DNA from: Planctomycetota bacterium
GTDB taxonomy: Bacteria > Planctomycetota > PUPC01 > DSUN01
DNA: 46,101 nucleotides
Reading direction: 5' to 3'
Assembly (NCBI GenBank): GCA_016872855.1
Contig: VGYV01000001.1
Coordinates: forward strand, 1-46,101
Below are positions 27,234 to 36,361 of this stretch, one piece after another. The notes below the pieces were generated by a model. That model did no database searches. It was not told where the DNA came from and was given only the letters and a program-made list of their open reading frames with translations. The position numbers and the translations under genes were made by a program. Within the stretch, counting starts at the first letter, position 1. Each line of letters starts with the position of its first letter.

Positions 27234-28342
27234 GCACGGATGTCAAAGGCTTCCAGGACCTCGTGGCCGAGGTGCAGAAGCGGGGCATCTGCGGAAAGTG
27301 CGGCGGCTGCGTCGCCTTCTGCTCGGCAGGCGAGTTCAACGCCCTCCGCGTCGGCGAGGATGGCATGCCCGTCATGGCGGACGAGTCGAAGTGCCTGCAC
27401 TGCGGCATCTGCTACCTCATCTGCCCCCAGATCAAGGCGCTCGACCAGGAGCTTCGAGAGAAGACCGGCTGGAGGGCGCCGATCGGGCCGTGCCGCAAGC
27501 TCGTCTCCGCAAGGGCGCACTCTCGCAAGATCCGCCGGGTAGCCACCGACGGCGGCGCCGTCACAGCGCTCCTCATCCACGCTCTCAGAAAGCATCTCAT
27601 CCAGGCTGCGATCGTCTCACGGCGGGTCGGCCCGTTCTCGCGCGAGCCGATGGTGGCTACGACCCCGGAGGACCTGGTTGAGGCGGCCGGCTCACACTTC
27701 GAGGAGTCGCAACACCTCCACAAGGTCGGCGAGTCATACACTACCTTCTCCCCGAGCGTGCGTGAGGTCAAGTCGCTTGGAAAGCGCGACCTCCACAAGA
27801 TCGCACTCGTCGGCACGCCTTGTCAGATCTTCACGATCAAGAAGATGCGGCTCCTGAACGTTCTGCCGGCCGACAGCATCGTCCTGACCATCGGGCTGTT
27901 CTGCATGGAGAACTTCTCCTTCGACGCGAAGACACGGCGAGCGCTGGAGAGGAAGCTGCCCGTGGACCTGGGGCAAATCCACAAGGTCAACATCAAGGAC
28001 GACATCATCGTCACGACGGCGAAGAAGGAGACGTTTCACATCCCGTTCGAGGCAATGGAGGAGTTTGCTCGGCCGGCCTGCTTCGCGTGCGCGGATTTCG
28101 CCAGCGAGTATGCCGATATCTCCTGCGGGGGCGTCGGCTCGCCGGACGGCTACACTACTACCGTCCTGCGCACCACGGCGGGTGAGGCCCTCTATAACCT
28201 CGCGAAGGAGGACGGTGCGATCGAGGAGATGGCCTTTCCTGACCGCGACAAGCAGCGGAACGCCGGCACGGAGGCGATGGCCAAGATCGTTGCGTTCACC
28301 CAGCGGAAGCGGGCCCGAGCCGCTAAGAGAATGGGGGCGTGA
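27230..28342 (+). CDS. FrhB/FdhB/FpoF-family flavoprotein (coenzyme F420 hydrogenase beta-subunit-like) with N-terminal [4Fe-4S]
   Basis: GTGA overlap start. CLHCGICYLICP, ATDGGAVTALL, VGTPCQI, and CFACADFASEYADISCGG are typical of the family. Confidence 0.75.
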   Translation: MSTDVKGFQDLVAEVQKRGICGKCGGCVAFCSAGEFNALRVGEDGMPVMADESKCLHCGICYLICPQIKALDQELREKTGWRAPIGPCRKLVSARAHSRKIRRVATDGGAVTALLIHALRKHLIQAAIVSRRVGPFSREPMVATTPEDLVEAAGSHFEESQHLHKVGESYTTFSPSVREVKSLGKRDLHKIALVGTPCQIFTIKKMRLLNVLPADSIVLTIGLFCMENFSFDAKTRRALERKLPVDLGQIHKVNIKDDIIVTTAKKETFHIPFEAMEEFARPACFACADFASEYADISCGGVGSPDGYTTTVLRTTAGEALYNLAKEDGAIEEMAFPDRDKQRNAGTEAMAKIVAFTQRKRARAAKRMGA

Positions 28343-31300
28343 GCGTGCGGAAGCGAGCGCTGGTAATCGGTGGCGGGATCGCCGGCATCCAGGCATCGCT
28401 GGACCTTGCCGAGGCGGGAACCGAGGTCTTCCTCGTCGAGCGCGGGCCGAGTATTGGGGGCCGCATGGCCCAGCTCGACAAGACCTTTCCCACCAACGAC
28501 TGCGCCATGTGCATCCTCTCGCCGAAGCTCGTGGAGGTTAGCAAACACCCGAATATCAGGCTTCTCACCAATGCAGAGCTGCTCGCCCTGGAGGGCGAGG
28601 CCCCATCGTTCAAGGCTCGCGTTCGGAAGCATCCGCGCTATGTGGATGAGGCGAAGTGCACGGGCTGCGGCATCTGCACCACCAAGTGCCCGGTGCGCCT
28701 GCCCGATCCTCACAACAAGGGCCTCAGCAAGACCCGCTGCATCCGCATCCCCTTCCCCCAGGCCGTGCCGGCGGTGCCGATAATGGACCCCACCCAGTGC
28801 CTCTACCACACGCGCGGCAAGTGCGGGGTCTGCAAGAGGCTTTGCCAGGCGGACGCGATTGACTACGAGCAGAAGGCGCAGGACCTCGAGCTCGAGGTCG
28901 GGGCGGCGATTCTCGCCCTCGGCTCCGAGGAGTTCGACGCGACCCTCAAGGACGAGTACGGCTACCACACCTTTCCCAACGTGGTCACCAGCATCGAGCT
29001 TGAGCGCCTCCTGAGCGCCTCCGGCCCCACCCAGGGCCACGTCCAGCGCCCCTCCGACGGCAAGGAGCCGGAGCGGGTCGCCTTCCTCCAGTGCGTCGGC
29101 TCCCGCGACATGCAGGTCGGCAACGACTACTGCTCCGCTGTCTGCTGCATGCAGGCCGCGAAGGACTCCATCATCCTCACGGAGCACATGCGGGGGGTCG
29201 AGAGCACGGTCTTCTACATGGACGTCCGGGCCTACGGCAAGGGCTTCGACCGGTTCGTCGAGCGCGCAAAGCGGGAGCACGACGTGCGCTTCGTCCGCGC
29301 ACGGGTCGCCTCGGTGGAAGTGGACCCCAACACCGAGAACCTCCTTGTGCGCTACAATGCCGACGACGGCAGCATACGCGAGGAGGCTTTCGACCTCCTT
29401 GTCCTCTCTGTGGGGCTGTGTGCCACGGCGCGCGTGCGCGAGGTCGTGCGGCGCCTCGGGCTGCGGACGGATGAGTACGGATTCGTGACGACCTCGACCT
29501 TCAGCCCGCTCGAGACCTCGCGCCGCGGCGTGTTCGTCTGCGGCACCGCCTCCGGGCCGAAGGACATCCCGGAGTCGGTGATCCAGGCGTCCGGCGCAAG
29601 CTCGGCGGCGCTTGCGATGATGAGCGGGCTTGAGGCAAGCGAGCCCAAGGCGGAGCTGCCGGAGCCCAGGGACCTTCGCGGCGAGCCGACCCGCATCGGG
29701 GTCTTCGTGTGCCGCTGCGGGATAAACATCGCCTCGACAGTGGACGTCCCGCGCGTCGTCGAATACGCCTCCGCGCTGCCGAAGGTCGCCCACGCGCAGG
29801 AATTCCTCTTCGCCTGCTCGAAGGACTCCCAGAAGACCATCGCCGAGGCGATCAGGGAGAAGAAGCTCACCCGCGTCTCTGTCGCCGCCTGCACGCCGCG
29901 GACCCACGAGCCGCTCTTCCAGGCCACCCTAGAGGCCAGCGGCCTGAACCCGTACCTGTTCGAGTTTGCAAACATCCGCGAGCACTGCTCGTGGGTCCAC
30001 CAGGGCGCGCCGGACAAGGCGACCCAGAAGGCCAAGGAGCTCATTCGGATGGCCGTCGCCAAGGCGGCACGGCTCGAGCCCCTCGACAAGACCAAGCTGG
30101 GCGTCAAGCATTCGGCACTCGTCATCGGCGGTGGCGTTGCCGGCCTCACGGCGGCCCTTGACCTCGCCGCGCAGGGCTATCCCGTCCACCTGGTCGAGCG
30201 TGCCTCCGAGCTAGGTGGCCATCTTCTCAAGATCCGCCGGACCCTGGCCGGGGAGGGCGTCGCTGCATTCCTCGGCGACCTGGTTGAGAAGGTCAAGTCC
30301 GACCCCCGAATCACAGTCCACCTCAGCACGAGCGTGCGGGAGCTCTCCGGCTATGTCGGCAACTTCAAGACGCGGCTGGCCGGCGAGGACGGGGAGATCG
30401 AGCACGGGGTGGTGGTCGTTGCCACGGGAGCAAGGGAACACGTCCCTAGGGAGTATCTCTATGGGAACGACGCCCGGGTGATGACCCAGACGGAATTCGA
30501 GAGACTCCTCACCGGTCCTGATTCCGCGAGGCTCAAGGGGCTGAGGTCGGTGGTGATGATCCAGTGCGTCGGCTCGCGGGAGGCGGGGCGCCCGTACTGT
30601 AGCCGCATCTGCTGCGGCACGGCGATCAAAAACGCCCTCTGGCTGAAGGAGCAGAACCGAAAAGCCCGCGTCTACGTCCTGTGCCGCGACGTGCGGGTCT
30701 ACGGCCTCAACGAGCGGTGGTACCGCGAGGCGCGGAGACAGGGAGTGGTCTTCCTCCGCTACGACGAAGAGACCAAGCCGAGCGTTTCGAACGGCAACGG
30801 GCGGCTCGTGGTGAGGGCAGATGACAGCATACTGGGCTGCACCCTGTCGCTCGACGCCGATCTGCTGGTGCTGAGCGCCGGGATCGAGCCGAATGAGGAC
30901 AACCGGGCGCTCTCGCAACTGCTCAAGGTGCCGCTCGACGCGGACGGCTTCTTCCTTGAGGCGCACGTCAAGTTGCGCCCGGTGGACTTCGCCACCGAGG
31001 GCGTGTTCGTCTGCGGCCTCGCGCACTACCCGAAGGACATCTCGGAGAGCATCGCCCAGGCGCGGGCGGCGGCCTCGCGCGCCGCCACCGTCCTGAGCAA
31101 GAGCGAGCTGCAGGCCGAAGGCAAGGTCGCCGCCGTGGATGCCTCCAGGTGCAGTGGTTGCGGAGACTGCACGAACGTGTGCGCCTACAAGGCGATCGAG
31201 CTGGACCCCGTTTTCCGGGTCGCAGTCGTCAACGAGGCCACCTGCAAGGGCTGCGGGGCGTGCACGGCAACCTGCCGTGCCGCCGCGATTGACCTCAAGG

Positions 31301-31344
31301 GCTTCCGCAACACCCAAATCCTCGAGGCCGTTGACGCGATTTGA
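28339..31344 (+). CDS. hdrA: double HdrA-like flavoprotein (two tandem modules, 1001 aa)
   Basis: ALVIGGGIAGIQASLDLAEAG...DKTFPTNDCAMC, the inserted ferredoxin KCTGCGICTTKCP, CVGSRD, and GPKDIPES. Then IGVFVCRCGINI, THEPLF, a second VIGGGVAGL module and C-terminal CSGCGDCTNVC / CKGCGACTATC. Confidence 0.9.
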   Translation: MSVRKRALVIGGGIAGIQASLDLAEAGTEVFLVERGPSIGGRMAQLDKTFPTNDCAMCILSPKLVEVSKHPNIRLLTNAELLALEGEAPSFKARVRKHPRYVDEAKCTGCGICTTKCPVRLPDPHNKGLSKTRCIRIPFPQAVPAVPIMDPTQCLYHTRGKCGVCKRLCQADAIDYEQKAQDLELEVGAAILALGSEEFDATLKDEYGYHTFPNVVTSIELERLLSASGPTQGHVQRPSDGKEPERVAFLQCVGSRDMQVGNDYCSAVCCMQAAKDSIILTEHMRGVESTVFYMDVRAYGKGFDRFVERAKREHDVRFVRARVASVEVDPNTENLLVRYNADDGSIREEAFDLLVLSVGLCATARVREVVRRLGLRTDEYGFVTTSTFSPLETSRRGVFVCGTASGPKDIPESVIQASGASSAALAMMSGLEASEPKAELPEPRDLRGEPTRIGVFVCRCGINIASTVDVPRVVEYASALPKVAHAQEFLFACSKDSQKTIAEAIREKKLTRVSVAACTPRTHEPLFQATLEASGLNPYLFEFANIREHCSWVHQGAPDKATQKAKELIRMAVAKAARLEPLDKTKLGVKHSALVIGGGVAGLTAALDLAAQGYPVHLVERASELGGHLLKIRRTLAGEGVAAFLGDLVEKVKSDPRITVHLSTSVRELSGYVGNFKTRLAGEDGEIEHGVVVVATGAREHVPREYLYGNDARVMTQTEFERLLTGPDSARLKGLRSVVMIQCVGSREAGRPYCSRICCGTAIKNALWLKEQNRKARVYVLCRDVRVYGLNERWYREARRQGVVFLRYDEETKPSVSNGNGRLVVRADDSILGCTLSLDADLLVLSAGIEPNEDNRALSQLLKVPLDADGFFLEAHVKLRPVDFATEGVFVCGLAHYPKDISESIAQARAAASRAATVLSKSELQAEGKVAAVDASRCSGCGDCTNVCAYKAIELDPVFRVAVVNEATCKGCGACTATCRAAAIDLKGFRNTQILEAVDAI

Positions 31345-31351
31345 GGAAGTC

Positions 31352-31810
31352 ATGATCCAGACTCAGAGCGGACAGGAAACCGGGCCAGCCAAGAGGGATT
31401 GGGAGCCCAAGATCGTGGCGTTCCTGTGCAATTGGTGTTCTTATGCCGGGGCGGACCTGGCTGGGGTGAGCCGCATCCAATACCCCCACAACATCCGCGT
31501 CATCCGCGTGCCCTGCTCGGGGAGGGTCAACCCCGTCTTCCTGTTGCGCGCACTCCAGAACGGGGCCGACGGCGTGCTCGTCTCCGGGTGCCACCCTGGC
31601 GATTGCCACTACATCAGCGGCAATCTGGTGGCCCGGCGGAAGTTCGCGCTTCTCAAGGAGCTCCTCCAATATGCGGGGATCGAGCCCGAGCGGGTGCAGT
31701 TCACCTGGGTGTCCGCCTCGGAAGGCGGCCGCTTCGCCGCCATCGTGGAGAAGGTCGTGGAGGAGGTCCGAAGGCTCGGCCCGAACGACAAACTGGTGAA
31801 GAAGCTATGA
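31352..31810 (+). CDS. mvhD: MvhD/FlxD-type protein (second copy)
   Basis: IVAFLCNWCSYAGADLAG...RVPCSGRV...GCHPGDCHY. GAGGAAG SD. Confidence 0.85.
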   Translation: MIQTQSGQETGPAKRDWEPKIVAFLCNWCSYAGADLAGVSRIQYPHNIRVIRVPCSGRVNPVFLLRALQNGADGVLVSGCHPGDCHYISGNLVARRKFALLKELLQYAGIEPERVQFTWVSASEGGRFAAIVEKVVEEVRRLGPNDKLVKKL

Positions 31811-32826
31811 GCGCCAGCCACGAGATCGAGACCCGCCTGCGCGAGACCGCGGAGAAACTCCTCCGCGAGAAGAGGGTGGACCTCTTCCTGGGGTATGAGA
31901 AGGCGAGCCTTCCCTTTCGGACGACCCCGCTCTTCCTCACCTCGCCCGAGGAGGTCAAGCGCCTGGCGTGGAACCCATTCTGCACCACCAACCTCGCCGT
32001 GTACCTGCCGCGGCTATTCAAGCCCCCCGCTGATGCCAGGGAGGCTAAGACGGCTCCCCCGCCGCCGACCGTTGGGCTGGTGCTGAAGGGATGCGACACT
32101 CGCTCCGTGGTCGCGCTCATCCAGGAGCGCCGGGTGCCCCGTGAGAAGCTGATGCTCGTGGGCGTCGCCTGCCCGGGCATGGTGGATTGGCGAAAGGCGG
32201 AGAGAGCGCTACGCGAGCACGAGCCGCTGGGGGCCGGAGAGGATGCCCAGGGCAACATCCACGTTGTGGTCGAGGATGGAACGGAGCTCACCCTGCGGCG
32301 CGAGGAGATCGTCGCGGACGCTTGCCTTGAGTGCCGCTCCCCCACCCCCTCGATACACGACGCGCTGCTAGGCACACCCGTCGAGGGGAAGGACCCGGAG
32401 GCGGCCCGACAGCAGACGGCGGCCTTCGAGGCCAAGCCTCTCAGTGCCAGATGGGCGCACCTCCAGGAGACGTTCTCCCGGTGCATCAGATGCAATGCGT
32501 GCCGGCAGGCCTGTCCCGTCTGCTCCTGCTGCAAGGAGTGCCTGCTGGACCAGACCCGGCCGAGGTGGGTGGGGGCCGGCACCGACATCTCCGACGTCAC
32601 GATCTACCACCTCGTAAGGGCATTCCACATGGCCGGCCGCTGCACGGACTGCGGGGCGTGCGCCAGGGCATGCCCGATGGGGATTGACACACGCCTCCTG
32701 GCGCGCAAGGTGAACCAGGAGGTCGAGGACCTCTACGGCTACCGACCCGGCGAGGCGCTCGACGCGAAGCCGCCGCTGGCCGACTTCGCCGCGGACGACT
32801 CGCAGGACTTCCTCACAGAGCCTTAG
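31807..32826 (+). CDS. iron-sulfur protein (4Fe-4S dicluster; FlxC-like position)
   Basis: ATGA overlap start. CIRCNACRQACPVCSC and CTDCGACARACP. Confidence 0.7.
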   Translation: MSASHEIETRLRETAEKLLREKRVDLFLGYEKASLPFRTTPLFLTSPEEVKRLAWNPFCTTNLAVYLPRLFKPPADAREAKTAPPPPTVGLVLKGCDTRSVVALIQERRVPREKLMLVGVACPGMVDWRKAERALREHEPLGAGEDAQGNIHVVVEDGTELTLRREEIVADACLECRSPTPSIHDALLGTPVEGKDPEAARQQTAAFEAKPLSARWAHLQETFSRCIRCNACRQACPVCSCCKECLLDQTRPRWVGAGTDISDVTIYHLVRAFHMAGRCTDCGACARACPMGIDTRLLARKVNQEVEDLYGYRPGEALDAKPPLADFAADDSQDFLTEP

Positions 32827-32863
32827 CTCACCCTCGATGGGTCAAGGCCGGCCGGAGGGCGCG

Positions 32864-33916
32864 ATGACAGAAAAGCGGATTCCTCACACTGACCTGGACA
32901 GGCTTCTTGACCGTCTGCGGGGACTCGGCGCGGTCCACGCGCCGACGAGAGACGAGTCGGGCGACGTGATCCTCGCCGAGGTCTCGCCCGGCAAGCCCGT
33001 GGTGCTGGACTACAAGAACTTCCCCCTCTCGCCCAAGGTCTTCCTGCTGCCCCAGACTCAGACCCTCCTTCGCTTCACGAATGGGAAACCTCACGAGCCT
33101 GCTCCCGTTGCCGGCAACGGGGGCCCATCGCAAGGCGATGGGCGCCCGCCCAACCGACAGGCGTTTCTCTTCGGAGTCCGGCCCTGCGATGCCAGAGCGC
33201 TCCTTGCGCTCGACGAGGTCTTCCTCGGCGGCGACCAGCGCGATCCATATTATGAGCGGCTTCGCGCGAAGACGGTGGTGATCGTGCTCGCGTGCACGCG
33301 CCCCATGTCGAGCTGCTTCTGCACCTCCGTTGGCGGCGGCCCGAGCGACGAGGCCGGAGCGGATGTGCTTGCCATTGGGCTCGAGGCAGACCTCCTCTTG
33401 AGGGCGATCACGCCCAAGGGTGAGGACCTCTTGTCATCCGCGGCTGACCTGCTCGGCGATGCCACACCCCCCGCCATCGAGGAAGCACAGGAACGGGCCC
33501 GTAAAGCGGCGGACCAGATTGCGCCGGTGGAGCTCGACCGCAGCGCTGAGCGGCTGCGCAATGCCTACGATTCTCCGCTCTGGGGAATCCTCAGCCAGAA
33601 ATGTCTCGGCTGCGGCACGTGCAGCTTCCTTTGCCCGACCTGTCACTGCTTCGACATCACGGATGAGGTTCGAGGCGACGTGGTCCGGCGGGTCAGGACC
33701 TGGGATTGCTGTGCCTATCCGCTTTTCACCCTACACGCCTCCGGCCACAACCCCCGGCCCACGCCCAAGGAAAGGTGGCGCCAGCGCCTCATGCACAAGT
33801 TCCGCTACGCAGTCGAGAACCTCGGCCGGCTCTTCTGCGTCGGCTGCGGACGCTGCATCCGCAACTGCCCGGTGAGCCTTGACCTTCGGGCCGTGTTCAG
33901 GGAACTCGGAGCCTAA
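32864..33916 (+). CDS. AsrA / sulfhydrogenase-beta-like iron-sulfur protein (FlxB-like position)
   Basis: The ATG follows GGAGGG. CLGCGTCSFLCPTCHCFD and CVGCGRCIRNCP. Confidence 0.7.
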   Translation: MTEKRIPHTDLDRLLDRLRGLGAVHAPTRDESGDVILAEVSPGKPVVLDYKNFPLSPKVFLLPQTQTLLRFTNGKPHEPAPVAGNGGPSQGDGRPPNRQAFLFGVRPCDARALLALDEVFLGGDQRDPYYERLRAKTVVIVLACTRPMSSCFCTSVGGGPSDEAGADVLAIGLEADLLLRAITPKGEDLLSSAADLLGDATPPAIEEAQERARKAADQIAPVELDRSAERLRNAYDSPLWGILSQKCLGCGTCSFLCPTCHCFDITDEVRGDVVRRVRTWDCCAYPLFTLHASGHNPRPTPKERWRQRLMHKFRYAVENLGRLFCVGCGRCIRNCPVSLDLRAVFRELGA

Positions 33917-33919
33917 GCA

Positions 33920-34762
33920 ATGGCAAGGAACCCATACCTCCCCTATCCGGCGCGGATCGAGGAGGTCGTGATCGAGAACGAGGCAAGGGACATCAAGAGC
34001 TTCCGGCTCGTGCTCGACAACGCTCAAGACGCCGCGGAGTTCAGGCACTTGCCCGGCCAGTTCGCCGAGCTCTCTCTGCCGGGATTCGGCGAAGCCCCTT
34101 TCGGCATCGCCTCCTCGCCGACGGAGACTGGCTACCTCCTCTTCACGGTCAAGCGGATGGGACTCTTCACCACGGAGCTACACAGCCTCGAGGCCGGTGC
34201 CGGGCTCGGCGTCAGGGGGCCGATGGGCAAGCCGTTCCCCTGGGACCGAATGGTGGGCAAGAATCTCCTCATCATCGGCGGGGGGTTCGCCTTCACCACT
34301 CTCCGCGCCGCCATCAACTACACCCTCGAACCGCAGAACCGAACCCGCTTCGGCTCGGTGTTCGTCGTCTACGGCGCGCGAACGCCCGGCGAGCTTATGT
34401 ATAGGGACGAGCTCGCCAAGTGGCAGACGCGGGATGACATTGACGTTCACCTGACGGTGGACAAGGCCGACGCGACCTGGACCCAGCACGAGGGCGTCGT
34501 AACATCCGTGCTTGACAGCCTGAAGCCCAGCTCGGAGAATGCCCTTGCCGTCGTCTGCGGCCCGCCCATCATGATCAAGTTCACCCTCTTCTCCCTCGCC
34601 AAGCTCGGCTTTCCCGACGATGCCATCATCCTCTCCCTCGAGATGCGCATGAAATGCGGCATCGGCAAGTGCGGCCGGTGCAACATCGGCAGCAAGTTCG
34701 TCTGTAAGGATGGCCCCGTCTTCACCCGCGAAGAACTGCGGTCCCTTCCAGCGGAGTATTAG
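33920..34762 (+). CDS. FAD/NAD(P)-binding oxidoreductase with C-terminal [2Fe-2S] (AsrB / sulfhydrogenase-gamma / FlxA-like)
   Basis: FNR-like fold motifs (PGQFAEL, GIASSP, LLIIGGGFAFTTL, VCGPPIM) and CGIGKCGRCN. Confidence 0.8.
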   Translation: MARNPYLPYPARIEEVVIENEARDIKSFRLVLDNAQDAAEFRHLPGQFAELSLPGFGEAPFGIASSPTETGYLLFTVKRMGLFTTELHSLEAGAGLGVRGPMGKPFPWDRMVGKNLLIIGGGFAFTTLRAAINYTLEPQNRTRFGSVFVVYGARTPGELMYRDELAKWQTRDDIDVHLTVDKADATWTQHEGVVTSVLDSLKPSSENALAVVCGPPIMIKFTLFSLAKLGFPDDAIILSLEMRMKCGIGKCGRCNIGSKFVCKDGPVFTREELRSLPAEY

Positions 34763-34775
34763 CGGCACCTCGCCG

Positions 34776-35426
34776 CTATCGTCTGGCGGCCACTTCCTCG
34801 AGCCAATCGAGCAAGGCATCCACCCCCTCGCCAGTCCTGGCCGAACATCTGAACACCCTCAGCTCGGGATTCGCAACAACTGCGTCCCTCTCCATCCTCT
34901 CGATATCGCACCGCAGGTGGGGCAAGAGGTCGGTCTTTGTCAGCACCATCGCCGCCGCCACACGAAGCGCCACAGGGTACTTTGCCGGCTTATCGTCGCC
35001 CTCCGTCACCGAAACCACAGCCACCTTGATGTCCTCCCCTATCTCGAAGCTCGCCGGGCACACCAGATTCCCCACGTTCTCGATGAAGAGAAACCGGGCG
35101 TTGTCGAGCGGGAGCTGCCCCACCGCGCGGCGTATCTGCCCGACATCCAGATGGCACCCTGAGATCGTGTTTATCTGGTAGGCGGGGAGGCCGACACGTT
35201 CGATTCGCCTCTTGTCCTCGTCAGTCTCCAGGTCTCCCTGAATGACGGCCGCCTTGCCCCTCAGCCGAGGAGCTGCGGCCTCCAGGAGGCTTGTCTTGCC
35301 GGAGCCCGGCGACCCGATCAGGTTCACAACAAACACGCCTCTCCGCCTGAAGAACCTCCGCAGAGCCTCCGCTGTCCGTCGGCCCGCGGCCTCAACTCTT
35401 CGCCTCAGCGTGATCGTCTTCGACAT
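34776..35426 (-). CDS. hypB: hydrogenase nickel-incorporation GTPase HypB
   Basis: GSPGSGKTSLL P-loop, ENVGNLVCPA and LTKTDL. The start is taken at the internal ATG (MSKTITL...) of track ORF 34776..35459. Confidence 0.85.
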   Translation of the reverse strand: MSKTITLRRRVEAAGRRTAEALRRFFRRRGVFVVNLIGSPGSGKTSLLEAAAPRLRGKAAVIQGDLETDEDKRRIERVGLPAYQINTISGCHLDVGQIRRAVGQLPLDNARFLFIENVGNLVCPASFEIGEDIKVAVVSVTEGDDKPAKYPVALRVAAAMVLTKTDLLPHLRCDIERMERDAVVANPELRVFRCSARTGEGVDALLDWLEEVAARR

Positions 35427-35772
35427 CCAATTCCACCTCTTCAATGTAGACCTCGGCATTCAGAAGCAGCTCTGCCTCCTTGCCGCACGTCGGACAGACC
35501 GGCTCCACCACGCCACCCACGGGCTGCCGCCCGCAATCAGAGCAGACAAGCTCGGGGGCAACCTCGTCCACCTCCACCTCGGCGCCCTCCATCGCCGACC
35601 CCTCAGCGACCGCTTTCAGGCAGAAAGCCAGGTTGGCGCCGTTGACCCCGGACAACCGCCCTACTCTCAGCCTCACGCGGCTGACCCCCCGCGCACAGTG
35701 CCTGCGCGCCTCCTGGTCAACGCACTTGAGTATCTGCTCTGCGAACGACAGCTCGTGCAATGCCAGCGCCAC
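35392..35772 (-). CDS. hypA: hydrogenase nickel-insertion protein HypA
   Basis: (M)HELSFAEQIL N-terminus and zinc motif CSDCG...CPTCG. The start is GTG 35772 or, more typically for HypA, TTG 35760. Confidence 0.85.
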   Translation of the reverse strand: MALALHELSFAEQILKCVDQEARRHCARGVSRVRLRVGRLSGVNGANLAFCLKAVAEGSAMEGAEVEVDEVAPELVCSDCGRQPVGGVVEPVCPTCGKEAELLLNAEVYIEEVELDVEDDHAEAKS

Positions 35773-35816
35773 CCCCCGTCATCAGAGCACCGGGTCTCCA
35801 CCGCAATCGCTGGATG

Positions 35817-35845
35817 ATTCTACCTCTCCGGCTCGGAAAGTTCAA
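35817..35845 (-). promoter_or_regulatory. sigma70-type promoter for hypAB
   Basis: Minus strand TTGAAC (35845-35840), 17-bp spacer, TAGAAT (35822-35817), about 40 nt upstream of hypA. Confidence 0.5.
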
Positions 35846-35872
35846 GCTTGGCCTCGCTGCTGGGCGCAATAA

Positions 35873-36140
35873 CGGAGGCTCATCCGAATTTCCGTGGGCT
35901 CCGCGGGGCAATGGCACGCCATCCAGATCATCGCCGCGTTGAGAGCCGGCAAGGACGTCTACGGCAAAAAGCCCATGAGCTCGACGATCCGCGAGGCCGC
36001 GGCCATCCGCCATGCGGTCAAACGCCACGGCCGCGTCTACCAGCACGGAACCTAGCGCACCTCGAACAAGCCCGTGCAGTATGCTCGGGAGCCGGCGCGC
36101 CGGGGGGAGATCGGCAGGATTGCTGCCGCCGGCGTGGGCA
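35873..36140 (+). pseudogene. Gfo/Idh/MocA-family oxidoreductase fragment (5'-truncated, in-frame stop)
   Basis: ...WHAIQIIAALRAGKDVYGKKPMSSTIREAAAIRHAVKRHGRVYQHGT-TAG-RTSNKPVQYAREPARRGEIGRI matches the family's ...GKxVYxEKPl...q.G.q.Rs...a.elv..G.iG pattern. It lacks the N-terminal Rossmann GxGxxG part and has a TAG at 36054-36056. Confidence 0.5.
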
Positions 36141-36361
36141 ATCGCGGCCATGATGAGCTGGGCGGCCCCTGCCTGTGGGCCGCCTCTGGCCGCGAAAGGG
36201 GGTGCGCGACTTGCCAGGCCTCGCTGGAGTGGAAGACGGTCCGCAAGCGCCGGGCATAGGCGGCGTCGAGGGGCGTGTCGCCCTTGAGAAGGCGAAGCTT
36301 GCCCGGCTAGCCCCGGCGCACCCACGTTGCGGAGACGCAGCCTTCGCAACGAGCGACGAGC

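Noticed and set aside
19702-31344. Selenocysteine (in-frame TGA) in HdrA/Mvh subunits, as seen in some anaerobes.
   Set aside because: All hdrA, mvhD, mvhG and mvhA frames are uninterrupted. The relevant positions are encoded as Cys.
35756-35771. A sigma54-like motif TGGCGCTGGCATTGCA (minus strand) with correct GG/GC spacing.
   Set aside because: It coincides with the hypA start codons (GTG GCG CTG GCA TTG CAC), so transcription from it would begin inside hypA. A good sigma70 promoter lies just upstream.
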